Positions 13,570 to 26,449 of a stretch of 64,000 nt of DNA are shown here, in pieces (the first letter of the stretch is position 1; every line of letters begins with the position of its first letter). Below the pieces are notes generated by a model that searched no databases, was not told where the DNA came from, and was given only the letters and a program-made list of their open reading frames with translations. Source of the DNA: the human T2T-CHM13v2.0 reference genome, Homo sapiens. A program made the translations under genes and the position numbers. Where the stretch lies: NCBI RefSeq assembly GCF_009914755.1, contig NC_060939.1. One strand, written 5' to 3'.

Positions 13570-15090
13570 AAACTATTAGAGTAAGGATATTCAATAAGTT
13601 TCTGGATACAAAAGTCAGCCTATGAAAAAAACAGTAGCATTTCTCTGAATTGCAATGGCCATCTAGAAAACATAATAGAAAATAAGTTATCATTTTCATT
13701 AACAGTGAAAACATACTACCCAGGTTTTAGCATAATGAAATGAATTCCTTTGTGGAGAAAACTTTTTAAAGCTAATAAAGGTTTGGCTGTTATAAATAAA
13801 TGGAGATTTCTATAATCTCAGGTGAGAATAATCATTGTGAAATACAGTTTTATCCGCACTCATCCCCTCCCTACCGGGATTGTGAAGACACTAGCCATGT
13901 GAAAAATTAGCAAAGGTCTAACATATCAAAAGTCATGAAGGAAGTCCTATAAATCACTAAGATAAAATGCCAATGAAAAAAGGAGCAAAGGATATCAACA
14001 ATTTATAGAACAAGGAACCCAAAAAGCTAATAAGCATATAAAAAGATGGTCATACTATTAGAAATTAGAAAAATGCAAATGAAAACAATACTATATTGTT
14101 TCAGGCCTACTAAACTAAGAAAAACAATTGCTTGATAAGGCCAAGTGTTCCTGGTAAGTGTGTAGATTGCTCTCTAGAATGTCTGCTTCAATCTGGCAGC
14201 ACTTAAAGTAACTGTATACTCTGACCTCAAAATTCTACACCTGAGTATATATTGCAAAGAAATTCTCACACATGTCCATCATGGGGCATATTAGGTTGGT
14301 TTCAGATTTAGTGAAGCCTGATTATAAGTGCTGCTCTGTTTACTTTTCAGTTTATCTATCTATCTATGGCCTAGACTCTTAAAGAGACATTTTCGAAAAA
14401 AGTGAAATAAAAATCATCAACATTTCATTGTATTAAACAGTTTTTTCTACTCCTTTATTCTAGTATTGTTCTAGTTGACTATGCATGTTGCTTTAAAGTA
14501 TGCATAAGATGAGTTGCACAGAAAGAAAAGGCAAATATAATACAATTTTCTTATTTTCAAGGCCAGGTTTGCTATTCATGTATGTTTACTTTCATATACA
14601 TTTTATAACAAACATGAGTTCTCTGAATCCATTTGGAGTTTGGATTAGGCTTAAATTAAATTTATTGATGTGTATGAAGGTGTTGATTGCAGTTCTGTTG
14701 GTGATAGGAGAGAGAAGAAGGCAATCCAAGTATTGTTCCCACCCTAGGGAAGTGGATTCACATGTGATAGCTATGCCACTGGTACCATGCAGTAGTTAGT
14801 TAGAAGTAATGGGCTAGATGCACCCACCCACAAGCACAAGGATAGGTCACCAATAAACAGTGTTCAGTCATGAAATAAGATGCTATAATCATTTATTACA
14901 AACATAAGAAGTGATATCTGGAATTTGCTTCAAAATAATTCAGGTAGGGATAGGGTGAGTGGGGATTCAGGAGAAGTTATAGATAAAATAAATCAATCTA
15001 TCAATTGATTATAATTGATGTCAATAACAAATATGAGAACGTTTACTATAATTCTCACTTTTAAGTATTTATATTTTTGTATAATTTTTA
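13570..15090 (+). mobile_element. Degraded L1ME-type ORF2/3' fragments, interrupted at about 14287-14668 by non-L1 sequence
   Basis: aaatgcaaatgaaaacaata...aaattctacacctgagtatatattgcaaagaaattctcacacatgt, resuming at atgtgtatgaaggtgttgattgcag. Confidence 0.55.
14287..14543 (+). repeat. IR1 left arm (inverted copy of 15679-15933)
   Basis: Hand alignment to the reverse complement of 15679-15933 gives about 25 substitutions and 4 short indels, e.g. ggcctagactcttaaagagacattt versus aaatgtctctttaagagtctaggcc. Confidence 0.95.
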
Positions 15091-15678
15091 AGATATACAA
15101 AATAGCACCAATTTTATCAAAAATCATGGAAGACACAGAAAATGCACTAGAATGACTGCCTGAAGGAATGAAAGGCACGGTTAGGGAAGAGATATAAAAA
15201 GAAAAACAATAAAAGAGGTCTTATTTGGGCCAGTGATAATAATGCGCCAGCTGAGAAGTATGATTTATTCAACATTGGCAGCTGGGGTCCAAAATCAATA
15301 CTGACTACTCAGCAAGCTAGGCTGGCAATGCAACAGCTGGGGCAGAACAGAAGCAACACCAAGAGGCACGAGCATCCATACAAACCAAACATAAGTTCAC
15401 TTCAGAGAAGTCTCTAGGTCAGCAGCAGTAAAAGGATATTGTCATCATCTATCACTAATCGTTGGTCACTGCTTTCATTTGTCAAGACAAACTAAGATGA
15501 AACCTAATGTCCCTTAACTCAAAAATCAACTCAATACCATGATCTTTCCTGTAACAAGACTATTTCCAAAGTGTCTTCCTTGGCATATATTTCGTTATTG
15601 ATTTACTATTACTGTTTAATATAGACTTATTTCCAAAATCGTTGGGTTTTTTTCCTCCAACTGTGATTTCAGACTGGG

Positions 15679-15933
15679 GTATTAAATATTTGCTCTTTCT
15701 GTGTAACTCATCTTTTGCATATTTTAAAGCAATACACATAGTCAACTAGAACTATACTAAAAGGAGTAGAAAAAACTGCTTAACGCAATAAAATGTTAAC
15801 GATTTTTATTTCACTTTTTTCTCAAATGTCTCTTTAAGAGTCTAGGCCATGGATAGACCAAAAGACAAAATGAAAAGTAAACAGAGGAGCTCTTATAATC
15901 AGGCTCCACCAAATCCAAAACCAACCTAATATG
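15679..15933 (-). repeat. IR1 right arm (probable source copy)
   Basis: Reverse complement of 14287-14543 at about 90% identity over aligned columns. Confidence 0.95.
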
Positions 15934-16087
15934 GCATGCTGGTAGAATACTTTGTGTCTCCTGATACCTGCAAATGGGAAAATATGTACAGTCAGAATAC
16001 AGCAATTATTTTGGGTCCCGAAGCATGGGTCCCAAAAGAGAAAAGGTGGGGGGGATGAGAAGTAGTACAATAAATGGTTCAATCAAG

Positions 16088-16270
16088 CTAGGGATTCTTA
16101 AGTGTGCACATGCATCAGCATCACCTGTGGAGCTTGTTAAATCTGATTGCTGGGATCCCACCTCCAGGGTTTCTGATTCCAGTATGTCTGCAGGAGGCCC
16201 CAGTAACTACCTTTCTAACAAGTTTCCAGGAGGTGGTGATGACCATGATAGCCCGGGGCTAAGACTCCCA
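16088..16270. mobile_element. MER5A/B (hAT-Charlie MITE)
   Basis: gcatcagcatcacctgtggagcttgttaaa...tttctgattc...tttctaacaagtttccagg. Confidence 0.7.
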
Positions 16271-16762
16271 AATCACCCCTGTCCATATCCAGGGCCCAAA
16301 TTCTCGACCACTGGAACATACCGCCTACCGCACAGAGATGAAGTTTTCCTTAAGGCATTATTCCAAACCACCAAAAAATATTTTTTATGTATATCTATGA
16401 GGAAACGTTTATTCTAACAGGATTCATTAAGATAATACTCCACTTACCAAGAAATTATACTTCCAGAAACTTCAACCTGCCCAAATATTGTGCCAAACAT
16501 TTACAGTTCGTTCTTTCAACAAATGTTTATTAGGAACCAGTCGCGTGACCCAGCACTGTGCTAAGTATTGACACACAGGAGGAAAAGGAAGTTTCCACCT
16601 TCTTGGAACTTAAATCTCACATCAAGGATCATCACTAAGTTCCCAAAATAAAAGTTAAAACGAGGGCTCCACTAGTCCTTATGATGTCTTCCTGTGAATT
16701 AGACAAAGTTCCCATCCACCAAGTGGAGCACTGGCTAGATTTTAACTTCTCCTTGACCCTAA

Positions 16763-17063
<301 letters not shown>

Positions 17064-17464
17064 TGCCCTGAGACTCTTGTGATTAAGCACGTAGGGTTAA
17101 AGCTTTGTCTTATTTCTATTTAACACTCAATTTTCAGACTCATTTTTAGATTTTCTAATTCCACAGCATATTTCAAGGTTTTAGAGGCCTTTGCAAGGCA
17201 GCAGGTAGACCTCAGCTACAAAAATTAGTCATATTCCTGGGTCATTATTATCACTGATCCCTGCAAGGCTTTTCTTGCTTTATGTTTCCCCTCTTCATTA
17301 GTAGTTGTTCTCCTTCCCCACTTTCTTATAAGGTATACTGAGCTTAAAGCTAAATATTCAAATGTGTGTATAGGTATGTAGAAACATACAAAGACTATAT
17401 AAAATCATTTGAATAAAATGTATTCATGCTATCTTGAGGTCAACGTGCTCTTAATTTCAAAAAA

Positions 17465-17620
17465 AATGCACTATACCATAGATTTTGCCCGTTTTATGTT
17501 TTTCACTTAACACTATGTTTTAAAGTTTTATCCGTACGCTTGCATGTACAGCTGGTTCATTGCTTCCAACTGGCAGTACATCTACCACATTTTGCTTTTC
17601 CATTCTCCTAGAGGACTATT
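17465..17620 (-). mobile_element. L1ME 3' fragment
   Basis: ttttcacttaacactatgttttaaagtttta tcc...ggttcattgcttccaactg...taccacattttgcttttccattctcc. Confidence 0.55.
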
Positions 17621-18121
17621 TTAGACTGGAATAATAATTATGAGAAGTGATGGTTAAAACTAGGTGGAGAAAACAGAAAAACTCAATACGTATGCAGAAA
17701 ACAGTAATTTCTCAATGATGTTAGAGGAAGTGTTGCTGGAGTTCTCTTGCATGGTAAGCAAAGAAAAAGCGACAAAAACAACTCCGAGAAACTGATAGAA
17801 AATGCTTTCTCACAGATGTGCTCCTGTAATTACCCAAAACTCTTGGACAGAGAAGAAACTAGAAGTAATGGAGTTGAGGATAAGCCACTTTAATAAAAGG
17901 AATTAGTTTGTAAATTTAGAAAACTGGTCGTGTTAACCTAACAAATATTATTTTAGTATCAACTGTGCAAGAAAAAAAGTAAGCGTTATCCCACTTCTAA
18001 TATTGCCCAACTGCTTCTCTTCGTTTGTATAATTCTCATTCTAGTATAGTTTGAGGATGTCCTCAGAGGAAAAAATATTCTCACTACTTTGAGAAACAGA
18101 CCCTCAGCAGTCATATTCACC

Positions 18122-18290
18122 AACAGTTCTCAAGGCTACCTGTGCTTTTGAATCACCTAATGAAAAAATCCAATACCAGGGCTCTATGCTGGGCTATTTA
18201 AATCAGAATTTCTAGAATTGAACTCAGGATTAGCATTTTTAAAAAACTTCTCACAGAACCCAAAAATGCAGACAGGATTGAATCACCACT
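18122..18290. mobile_element. MER5-family MITE
   Basis: cagttctcaag...gaatcacct...aatcagaatttctag...ttgaatcaccactg. Confidence 0.6.
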
Positions 18291-18328
18291 GAGCTCAACA
18301 GTTTTGGCTACAAAGACTCTCTTAGGTT

Positions 18329-18698
18329 GTCAATCAGGATGATATTAGCTGCAAGTAACAGCAAACATTACCTCAAGTTGGCATAACCAGTAAGGGAGTT
18401 CATCAGCTTACCCTGTCACAAGTCCGTACAGCAGACAGGCTTCTATAAACATACATCCAGGTCCCCGCCATCCATCTTCAAAGCTCTGCCATGTCTACTT
18501 TGATAGCCTCAATCTCATGCTGGTAGCAAGATAGTTTACAGCTACTTCAATGTCACATATGCAAGCATATTCAGTAGCGCTTCTTGACGGCAATGAAACC
18601 TTTCCCAGAAACCCCCAACAGCTATCCGCTCACAGCTCACTGGCCAGAGCGGGTTCCGAGCTGATAAAGGCCATTGAATTACGAAGATTGGTTAAGGC
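18329..18698 (-). mobile_element. Old MaLR LTR (MLT1K/L/N2-like), continuing after about 19116
   Basis: tgtcaatcaggatg...gctgcaagtaacagcaaac...aaacctttcccagaaacccc...cactggccagagc. Confidence 0.6.
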
Positions 18699-18864
18699 TG
18701 ATGGTTCTCAGCCATGAATGTACATTAGAATGACCTGGAGAGCTTGTTAAAACACAGCTCACTGAGCCCCACTCCCAGAGTTTCTTTTTCAGTAGTTCTG
18801 GGGCAGGGCCAAAGTATTTACATACTCAGCTCCCACGTGATGCTGATGCACTTTGAGAACCACT
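18699..18864. mobile_element. MER5A
   Basis: gatggttctca...cattagaatgacctggagagcttgttaaaacacag...cactttgagaaccact. Confidence 0.8.
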
Positions 18865-18869
18865 AATTT

Positions 18870-19100
18870 TTTTTAACTAACACATATTAATATATTTTCA
18901 TTAGAATATTCTTTTTTTTAATTTTACTTTAAGTTCCAGGATACATGTGCAGAACGTGCAGGTTTGTTACATAGGTATACATGTGCCATGGTGGTTTGCT
19001 GCAGCTATCAACCCATCGTCTAGGTTTAAGCTCCACATGCATTAGGTGTTTGTCCTAATACTCTCCCTCACCTTGTCCCCCACCGCCCCGGTGTTTGTTA
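18870..19100 (-). mobile_element. 5'-truncated L1PA8-10 3' end with a 37-bp putative 3' transduction
   Basis: Antisense L1PA 3'UTR at 18912-19100; 15-bp TSD GAGAACCACTAATTT at 18855-18869 and 19101-19115; two T tracts enclose 18875-18911. Confidence 0.88.
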
Positions 19101-19195
19101 GAGAACCACTAATTTCGACCAATGACAATCCACCTGCTGAGAATGTAATCAGCTTTTCCTAAAGCACATGACTATTCCAAAGAGAAGTAAACACC

Positions 19196-19672
19196 TGTGG
19201 TCATTTAAAGATATCCAGAAATTTTCTGACACTCATTTCAATTTCACTTCCTTTGAATGTCAGCTGGACTAAGTGATTCATCTCTGACAAACAGAATAAA
19301 GTGGACATGATGGTGTATAACTTAAACAGCAGGTCACTGCAGCTTCCATCTTGGTCAAGCTCTCTCCTGAATCTTTTACTCTGGGGAAAGTCAATAGCCA
19401 TGCCATGAGGACACTCTAAGAAAAGGCCCATGTCGCAAAGAACTAAGTCCTCCAGCCAACAGCCATGTGAGCGAGCCCTCTGGGAAGCAGAACCTCCAGC
19501 TCCAGTCAAGTCATCAGATGACTGCAGCTCTTGCCATCATCCTGAGCCAGAACCTCCCAGCTCAGCTGCTCCTGAATTCCTGACCCACAAAACAACAAAA
19601 CTATAAATGCTTATTGTTTTAAACCACTAAATTTTGAGGTAACTTATTATGCAGTGATAGATAATGAATACA
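19196..19672 (+). mobile_element. MLT1F-like solo LTR
   Basis: TG...CA; ccagccaacagccatgtgagcgagcc...ccagtcaagtcatcagatgactgcagc...gatagataatgaataca. Confidence 0.85.
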
Positions 19673-20032
19673 ATAACCAAACAAAATTAAGGAAAGGAGA
19701 GAGATCATCTTGAGTAATAAATAGTGTATGGTGCAGCTTGTTTCAGTTAATGAAGGTGTAGTATAAAAATACACATGCCCAGGAACTCAAGAAATCCAAA
19801 TTGGATTTTAGGAAACAGAAACTTAAAGGTCTTTCTGTATCCAAGGAATCTAAGGAATCTCAGCATCAGAAGTTCAAAGATATTTACTGTAGCGCTGCTG
19901 CATCAGGTTCTCAACAAACATCTGTTCCATTCTCCTCTTACAGACTACCAGCCTTCTCATGTTTTATTCTATATCTTTTGTCGTTGTCCATCTCATAATC
20001 TGTGTTCCCCCATTCTGGCTTGTGCCTCCTCC

Positions 20033-20365
20033 CAGTGCTTCTCAGATTCTCTCATTGCTACTCAAAGTGTGCTCTGTGGACCAACATCACCAGCATGACA
20101 TGAGAACTTAAATGCAGAACTTGGGGACTCGGGGGAAAGAGTGGGAACGGGGTGAGAGACAAAAGACTACAAATTGGGCACAGTGTATGTTGCTCGGGTG
20201 ATGGTTGCACCAAAATCTCAGAAATCACTACTAAAGAACTTATTCATGTAAGTAAATGCCACCTGTTCTCCCAAAAACCTATGGAAATAAAAATAAAAAA
20301 GCAGAACTTTGGATCCTCCTCCAAACGTACTGAATCAGAATCAGCATGTAAGTTTAAGAACTGCT
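20033..20365. mobile_element. MER5 element split by an L1PB1 insertion
   Basis: gctactcaaagtgtgctctgtggaccaac...aaatgcagaactt [L1] gcagaactttgg...tactgaatcagaa...aagtttaagaactgct. Confidence 0.7.
20123..20300 (+). mobile_element. L1PB1-like 3' end
   Basis: ggggactcgggggaaag...aaaagactacaaattggg...gcaccaaaatctcagaaatcac...aaaaacctatggaaataaaa; TSD GCAGAACTT at 20114-20122 and 20301-20309. Confidence 0.88.
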
Positions 20366-20412
20366 ACTTTACATCATCACATGACATTAGGCTTAGGCTC
20401 CCACCACTTGCT

Positions 20413-21001
20413 TCAGTGGTTTCCAAACTTTCAATGCACCTTGTCAATTACCGGGGATCTTTAACAAATACCAATGCCCTGTTCCCACCCTACACATTCT
20501 GATTTGATGTGTATAAGGTAACAAAGTTCATTAGAAGTTTTAAACCTTCCAGGTGACACTAATGTCAAAAAAAAAAGAAAAATGGGAACCACTAGCTTAC
20601 ATCCTTCTTTTCTTGCTATTTCATAATCAAATTTCCAAAATGAGAGAATTTGAATAACCTGCCTTATCTTTTTATACAAAGGCAGTCCACGGGCCTTTAA
20701 CTATTCTTTAGGTTGACTAGTCTTAATCTAATCTAATCAATAATGGGGGAAAGGATTGCCAGATTATATAACTCGAAACATAACCACTCCTATTCAGAAA
20801 GGCTATGGGGAATGTAGTTTCCTTTATTACAATACTTCTCAATCTTAGCTGCATATTAGAATAATCTGGGAAGTTTTTAAATCTCAATGCCTAATCCTCA
20901 CAAAACAATTCATTCAGTATCTCAGGGTTGGACCCAGACAACAGTAGTGCATTAACCTACTGTCCAGATGATTCCAATTTTCAGCCAACATTGAAAACCA
21001 C
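20413..21001. mobile_element. Two further MER5 copies (about 20413-20593 and 20830-21001)
   Basis: cagtggtttccaaactt...gggaaccact; cttctcaatcttagctgcatattagaataatctggg...ttgaaaaccact. Confidence 0.65.
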
Positions 21002-22329
21002 TTGTAAAATAGAGGGCATAGTGGTGAACATGTCTGTATAAACAGTATCCCAAAACAAATATGAATCACAAATCACAATTGTATTGGCTTTACAATCATG
21101 GTTGTTTATTTTTGACCTGAATCCAAAACTCACTTGAGTGAACCAAAGCATCATTTAAGGGCAAGAATATGTTTCATCAGACAGACTTGAACATTAACCT
21201 AGCGGTTAAGTGGATTTGGGCAAACTTAAATATTGATAAACTGCAGTTTCTTCATCTATAAATGGAAGTAGAACCAACATTGTAGGTGATCAAATGTTAG
21301 TTGCTTCCTCCTCCATGTATGGGATATATTTTCTTTAAAAGTGTAATTCTGGGTATTATCAGATTTAAACCTCTCACAAATCCCATCGAATAGGTATACT
21401 GTTGTTATTCCAGTTTGACAGATAAAACTGAAGATTTTTTTTAATGGCTAATTGAGAAACAAAGCTGAGTCAAGCACAGGCTAATTAACCCCAAGCCCCA
21501 AATTCTTAACCATTCCACTTTACCGCCTCTCTAAAATAGCTACTGTCTTCCCTGTCATAAAACAAAGACCAATGTCCATGTGCATACGGCATGGAAATGA
21601 GGTGCTAGGAAGGGGGAGAACAGTGCTGTTAGTGATGTGGTATGGCACATGTGCTACTGGCATCCTGGTAATTGTCCTGCTCTTTCTCTTCCCTCAGGCT
21701 AAGTTACGAATTGCAGGCAGCTGAGTCCTGTCCTAGAAGGTCATAATGCAATTCTTCAAAGATGATACTGTCAGTAGATTTCTGAAAAATCACCAGAATG
21801 TGCTTCTTACAATTTTTGCCTGCATAAGCATAACACAGTCTGTACTTTTTCATAGACTAAAGAACGTTAGAGATACAAACCTATAAATAACCACTTCCAA
21901 TTAACCTCCTCTACCCTCCCTGTCTTTCAGTTTGGTCCAAGTTAACGCTCCTACGGAAGCCAATTACAATTGTCACTTGTTTTTCAGATATATCTCTTTT
22001 CTTGTTTATAATGTTTCTGGTATCTTCTTGTAGTTAATTCCCATAAGCTCCCTGGATAAATTCATTAGCCAGGACGGTTTCCACTTTAACTAAATTGCAT
22101 TTGTACTTCTTTGCATCTCTTCAAAACATTCGTTCTTCAGTTTAAGACACAGGAAAGACATCCATCAAGACTTAGATTTGGATTTAAGAGTTAGAATTGG
22201 AACAAGCCCAAATTCTGAATTTAAGTTTGTTTTTGGCATGCTGCACTTTCTGTCTTTAGTTTCTATAACTTCTCACTATTCAGACCTTTTAATCTGCTAC
22301 TTTCCCTATTAAAATATAACTATTCCATA

Positions 22330-23570
22330 CTAAAGCCCCCTTGGTTCTCTGCTAAATGATAATAATCTCCTCTTTTCTACCTTATCATTTTACCCCTCTC
22401 AAATGGATTATTCCTGCTGGCATACAAGCTTGTTCAAACATTTAACATCTAAAAAAAAAAAAAAAACACCTCTTCCTTGGGACCCCATTCCTTGGGACCC
22501 CATTACCTTAAAGTTACTATCCCACTTTTGTACATCACTTACAATAAAGTCAATCAAAAGAGTTGCTGATAATCACTCTCTTACTTCCTCACCATCTAGC
22601 CCTTTGGAAACCACTCCAAACTTTCACACCCACCACTCCACTGAAACAATTCTCATCAAAATTACCAACTACTCCTCTTGCTAAAGTCAATGGTCAATTC
22701 TCTGCCCTCATCTTCCTCAATCTCTCAGCAGCATTCTACAGTACTATTAGTACCTCCTTCCTGAAACATGTTCTTATCTTGACTTCCATGACAGCAGACT
22801 CCATATTTTTCCTTGCTGGTTGTTCCTTCATGGTCTCCTTTCTTGCATCTTTCCCTTCTGCCTAACTTCTGCGTATTATTCCTCACCAAAATTGTCTCCC
22901 AAAGGCAATATCATGAACTCACATGACTCTGAACACACTCTAGGTACTAAGCATTTCCAAATTTACACCTCCAACCTTGACCTCTCCTCAAGTTCAAACT
23001 GGCACATCTACTTCCACACTTGTTTAATGTATCTTATTGTATATTTAACAGGCATTTCAGATTTAACATGTCCAAAACAGAACTCTTGGTTTTCAAACCC
23101 ATAACCTGTTCCTCTGCAATTTTCCCTACCTCACCTGGCCATTGCTCTTGATTCCTTGGCTCTTTTGTCCACACTTTTATCCTTGATTTGTCTCCTTCAT
23201 TCCCTCCATGTCCCTACCTGACCCCCACATGCCATGCATCAACCCATCAGCTGATACTTTGGAGTCCACCTCTGAAACGTATTCCAAATCCAGCCACCTC
23301 TCACTAACTCCACTGTTACCACTTTAGTCCAAGTGATTGTCAGTTTACTCTAGGCTAAGTGTAATAGTCTCCTAGATTGTCTCTCTGCTTCTAATCTTGC
23401 TTTCCCCTACAATCCATTCTCCATTCGACAGATAGATCAAAGAAACATATCAAAAAGTATCTTGCCTCTGACTAAAACTTCCAGTGGCATTTAACTGTAC
23501 TTGGAATAACATTTAGCTCTTTACCTCAGCCTACATTTTCAATGGTCTAATCCCTGTGTGGCCTTTATGG
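22330..23570 (+). mobile_element. L2 LINE fragment
   Basis: cttgctaaagtcaatggtcaattctctgccctcatcttcctc...ggcatttcagatttaacatgtccaaaacagaactc. Confidence 0.8.
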
Positions 23571-23644
23571 TTTTCTCCCTAAGATATACTCTTTCTTTGA
23601 ATAATTAGCCTGAATGGGTTGTTCTCAAACTTGAAGGTTAAATG

Positions 23645-24340
23645 GCCTAATTCAAGGACTGGGACTACAAATGTATAGGATGAGCCTGGAGCATCTTGCC
23701 TTGCCATAAAGTGCACACACACACACACGCACTGGAGGGGGTATGTTAAAGAGGCATAGGAGCCAACTGAAATAACTCCCAATGACCAAAGCTAGAATCG
23801 GTTGAGGTACAAAATCAAGTAGTATTGGATTATAACCCAATCCATGAGTCTAAAAATCCATGACTCCATAATGATATAAATGACTGAATACATTAAAAAA
23901 TGGAGACAAGAGACAAATCTCCCATGTAGAATTCCAAATAAATACAGATACTCTACCATAAAGGAGAAATCTGACAAACACTACTTCAACCAGGGTATCA
24001 AGGTCAGCATCAACATTCATAAATCATGGTGATGGTGTGTACTCTGGAAGAAAGTGACCGTTTAATTCTGTGGTCTTCCTCCCAAAAACCCACGGTGCCC
24101 ATCTAATCATGAGGAAAACATCAAATTCCATTAGAGGGGTATCCTACAATAGACCCAACCAGTACTCAGAACTGTCAGAGTTCTCAAAAACAAGAAATCT
24201 GAGAAACGATCACACTTAAGAGGATCCTAAGGAGATCTAACAATTAAATGTAATATGGTTTCCTGGAACAGAAAAAAGACAGTAGGTAAAAATACAAAAA
24301 TCTGAATAAACTTTGGACTTTACTTAATAATGTATCAAAA
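23645..24340 (+). mobile_element. L1MC3/L1MD-like 3'UTR
   Basis: ggatgagcctggagcatcttg...ggagccaactgaaataactcccaatgaccaaagct...ctgtggtcttcctcccaaaaaccc. Confidence 0.75.
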
Positions 24341-24764
24341 CTGTTTTATTGACATAATGTCTATTTTTTTAATCTTAAAAAACAAAAAAAAAAAAAAAAG
24401 ACAAACCTTACGGGTGAATTTATAGACTTTTTGAGAAGACAGTGGACTGCTCCGGCGCTTGAAATGGGAGTTTGAGTGAATCTCATTCAGACCCCAAGTG
24501 GCTTCTGATTTACACCACAAACTTTCTAAGACTAGGCACTGCTTTAATGCTCCAAGAGTAAACACTGCTTCCCTCTCTCCTTCTCCTCAAAGGCACAGTA
24601 AAATTTGTCTCAGGTTTCCCAGGCCTTATTCATCTGAAGAAGTTCTGATGATCATTTATTTTTAACTTTTCCAAACATAGGGATAAGTCATAATTGTCAA
24701 TAAATCTCACAAATTTACACTTTGTTTCTACCTTGAATGTATACTTAAAAGTTTAAAAAAAAAT

Positions 24765-24908
24765 TAAGTGTACATGAGAATTACCTGGAGGGCTTGTGAA
24801 AACACTGATGACTAGAACTTACTCTCTGAGTTTCTAATTCTTGCATTTCTGAAAAGTTCTAAGGTAATACTAATACTGCTGTTCCGAGGACTATTTTTGA
24901 GAGCCACT
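24765..24908. mobile_element. MER5A fragment
   Basis: gagaattacctggagggcttgtgaaaacac...tttttgagagccact. Confidence 0.6.
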
Positions 24909-24959
24909 CAGCAAAACCAAACTTGGTAACTGCATACTTATCAATATCTGTTTAAGCAT

Positions 24960-25036
24960 GGGTAGGAGATCCAAACACAACCAACAATATATGAGAGGAA
25001 ATTAGATGGGTTACTTCTGAAAAAAGGCTTCCTCAC

Positions 25037-25082
<46 letters not shown>

Positions 25083-25330
25083 GACCCCTTTCACCTGCAT
25101 GTATTGTGCTTGAATTTACTACCTAAACCGACAGCAACCAACATGAGTTCATGAAGGGGCTGCCAAAAGATGGCAGAGCAAAGAGATGGAAACAATCCAC
25201 ATCTTTGATCATGTCTTTGAGCTATTGAATCAACCAACCCCGAAGTCTTCCCTATCTCCAAATATCCTATGTGAAATAAACTATTTCCTTTTTGTCTAAG
25301 CCAGCTTGAGTCATACTCTTCCGTTCCTTA
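24960..25330 (+). mobile_element. MLT1J/K-like LTR
   Basis: gatggcagagcaaagagatggaaac...tctttgatc...ttgagctattgaatcaaccaacccc...taagccagcttgagtc. Confidence 0.65.
25038..25076. repeat. Pure (A)39 homopolymer
   Basis: Read directly from the sequence. Confidence 0.95.
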
Positions 25331-25344
25331 TAGCTGAGATCATC

Positions 25345-25858
25345 CTGAGGCTACCTCTGAGATTCCAGTTCCTTCCACTCTCCCCATCATTTACGAACTC
25401 CAGCCTCACTGGCCTTCAGTTTCTCAAACCTACAAAGTTTATTCCGCATCAGCTTCTGCCATTGGTAGTCCCTCTACCTGAACACTCCACCCCCAGATCT
25501 CCCCATGGCTGGGTCCTTCTTGTCACTTGGGATCTTAACTCAAATGTCACCTCTTCAAAGATGTCTACCCAGATCACCAAATCCAAAGTGGAATTTTCTA
25601 CCCTACTTCCAATACTCTTTATCCTATTACCACATTTTATTTTCTTCTGAGTATGTACATCCTAAATTATATCACAATATTTGTATGTTTCCTAACTTCC
25701 TTGCTCATTTTCAGCCCTTACCACATCCCTCTCTTTCTGCAATGTAAGAGACAGAAAAACTGTGACCATCTCTGTCTTGTTCATCTCTGTATCTCCAGTG
25801 CCTAGAAGAGTGCCTAGGAATGTGGTGGCTGCTTAACAAGTATTCATGTAATGAATAA
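25345..25858 (+). mobile_element. L2a 3' end
   Basis: ctccagcctcactggcctt...ctcaaatgtcacctcttcaaag...tgtcttgttcatctctgtatctccagtgcctagaagagtgcct. Confidence 0.8.
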
Positions 25859-26052
25859 CTTTAAAAGGCTAACACATGCTCACTTTTAAATAAATTGGGT
25901 CTTTGTCCAAATGTGAGAATTTCAGAGGGACCATTGAGACAATGTGTTTAAAGGTGCATCTGAAAGATTCTCTTCAAAAAGAAATCATGCTGTGTAAAAA
26001 AGCATATATTGCATCTACACATCGTATACCCAGATTCTAAATTAAAGATTAA

Positions 26053-26449
<397 letters not shown>

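Noticed and set aside
15974-16417. 147-aa ORF
   Set aside because: Runs through a MER5 element; no recognisable domain or exon structure.
24400-24565. Possible minus-strand exon ending at a GTAAGG donor near 24415
   Set aside because: No convincing acceptor or recognisable coding frame; a single motif is expected by chance.
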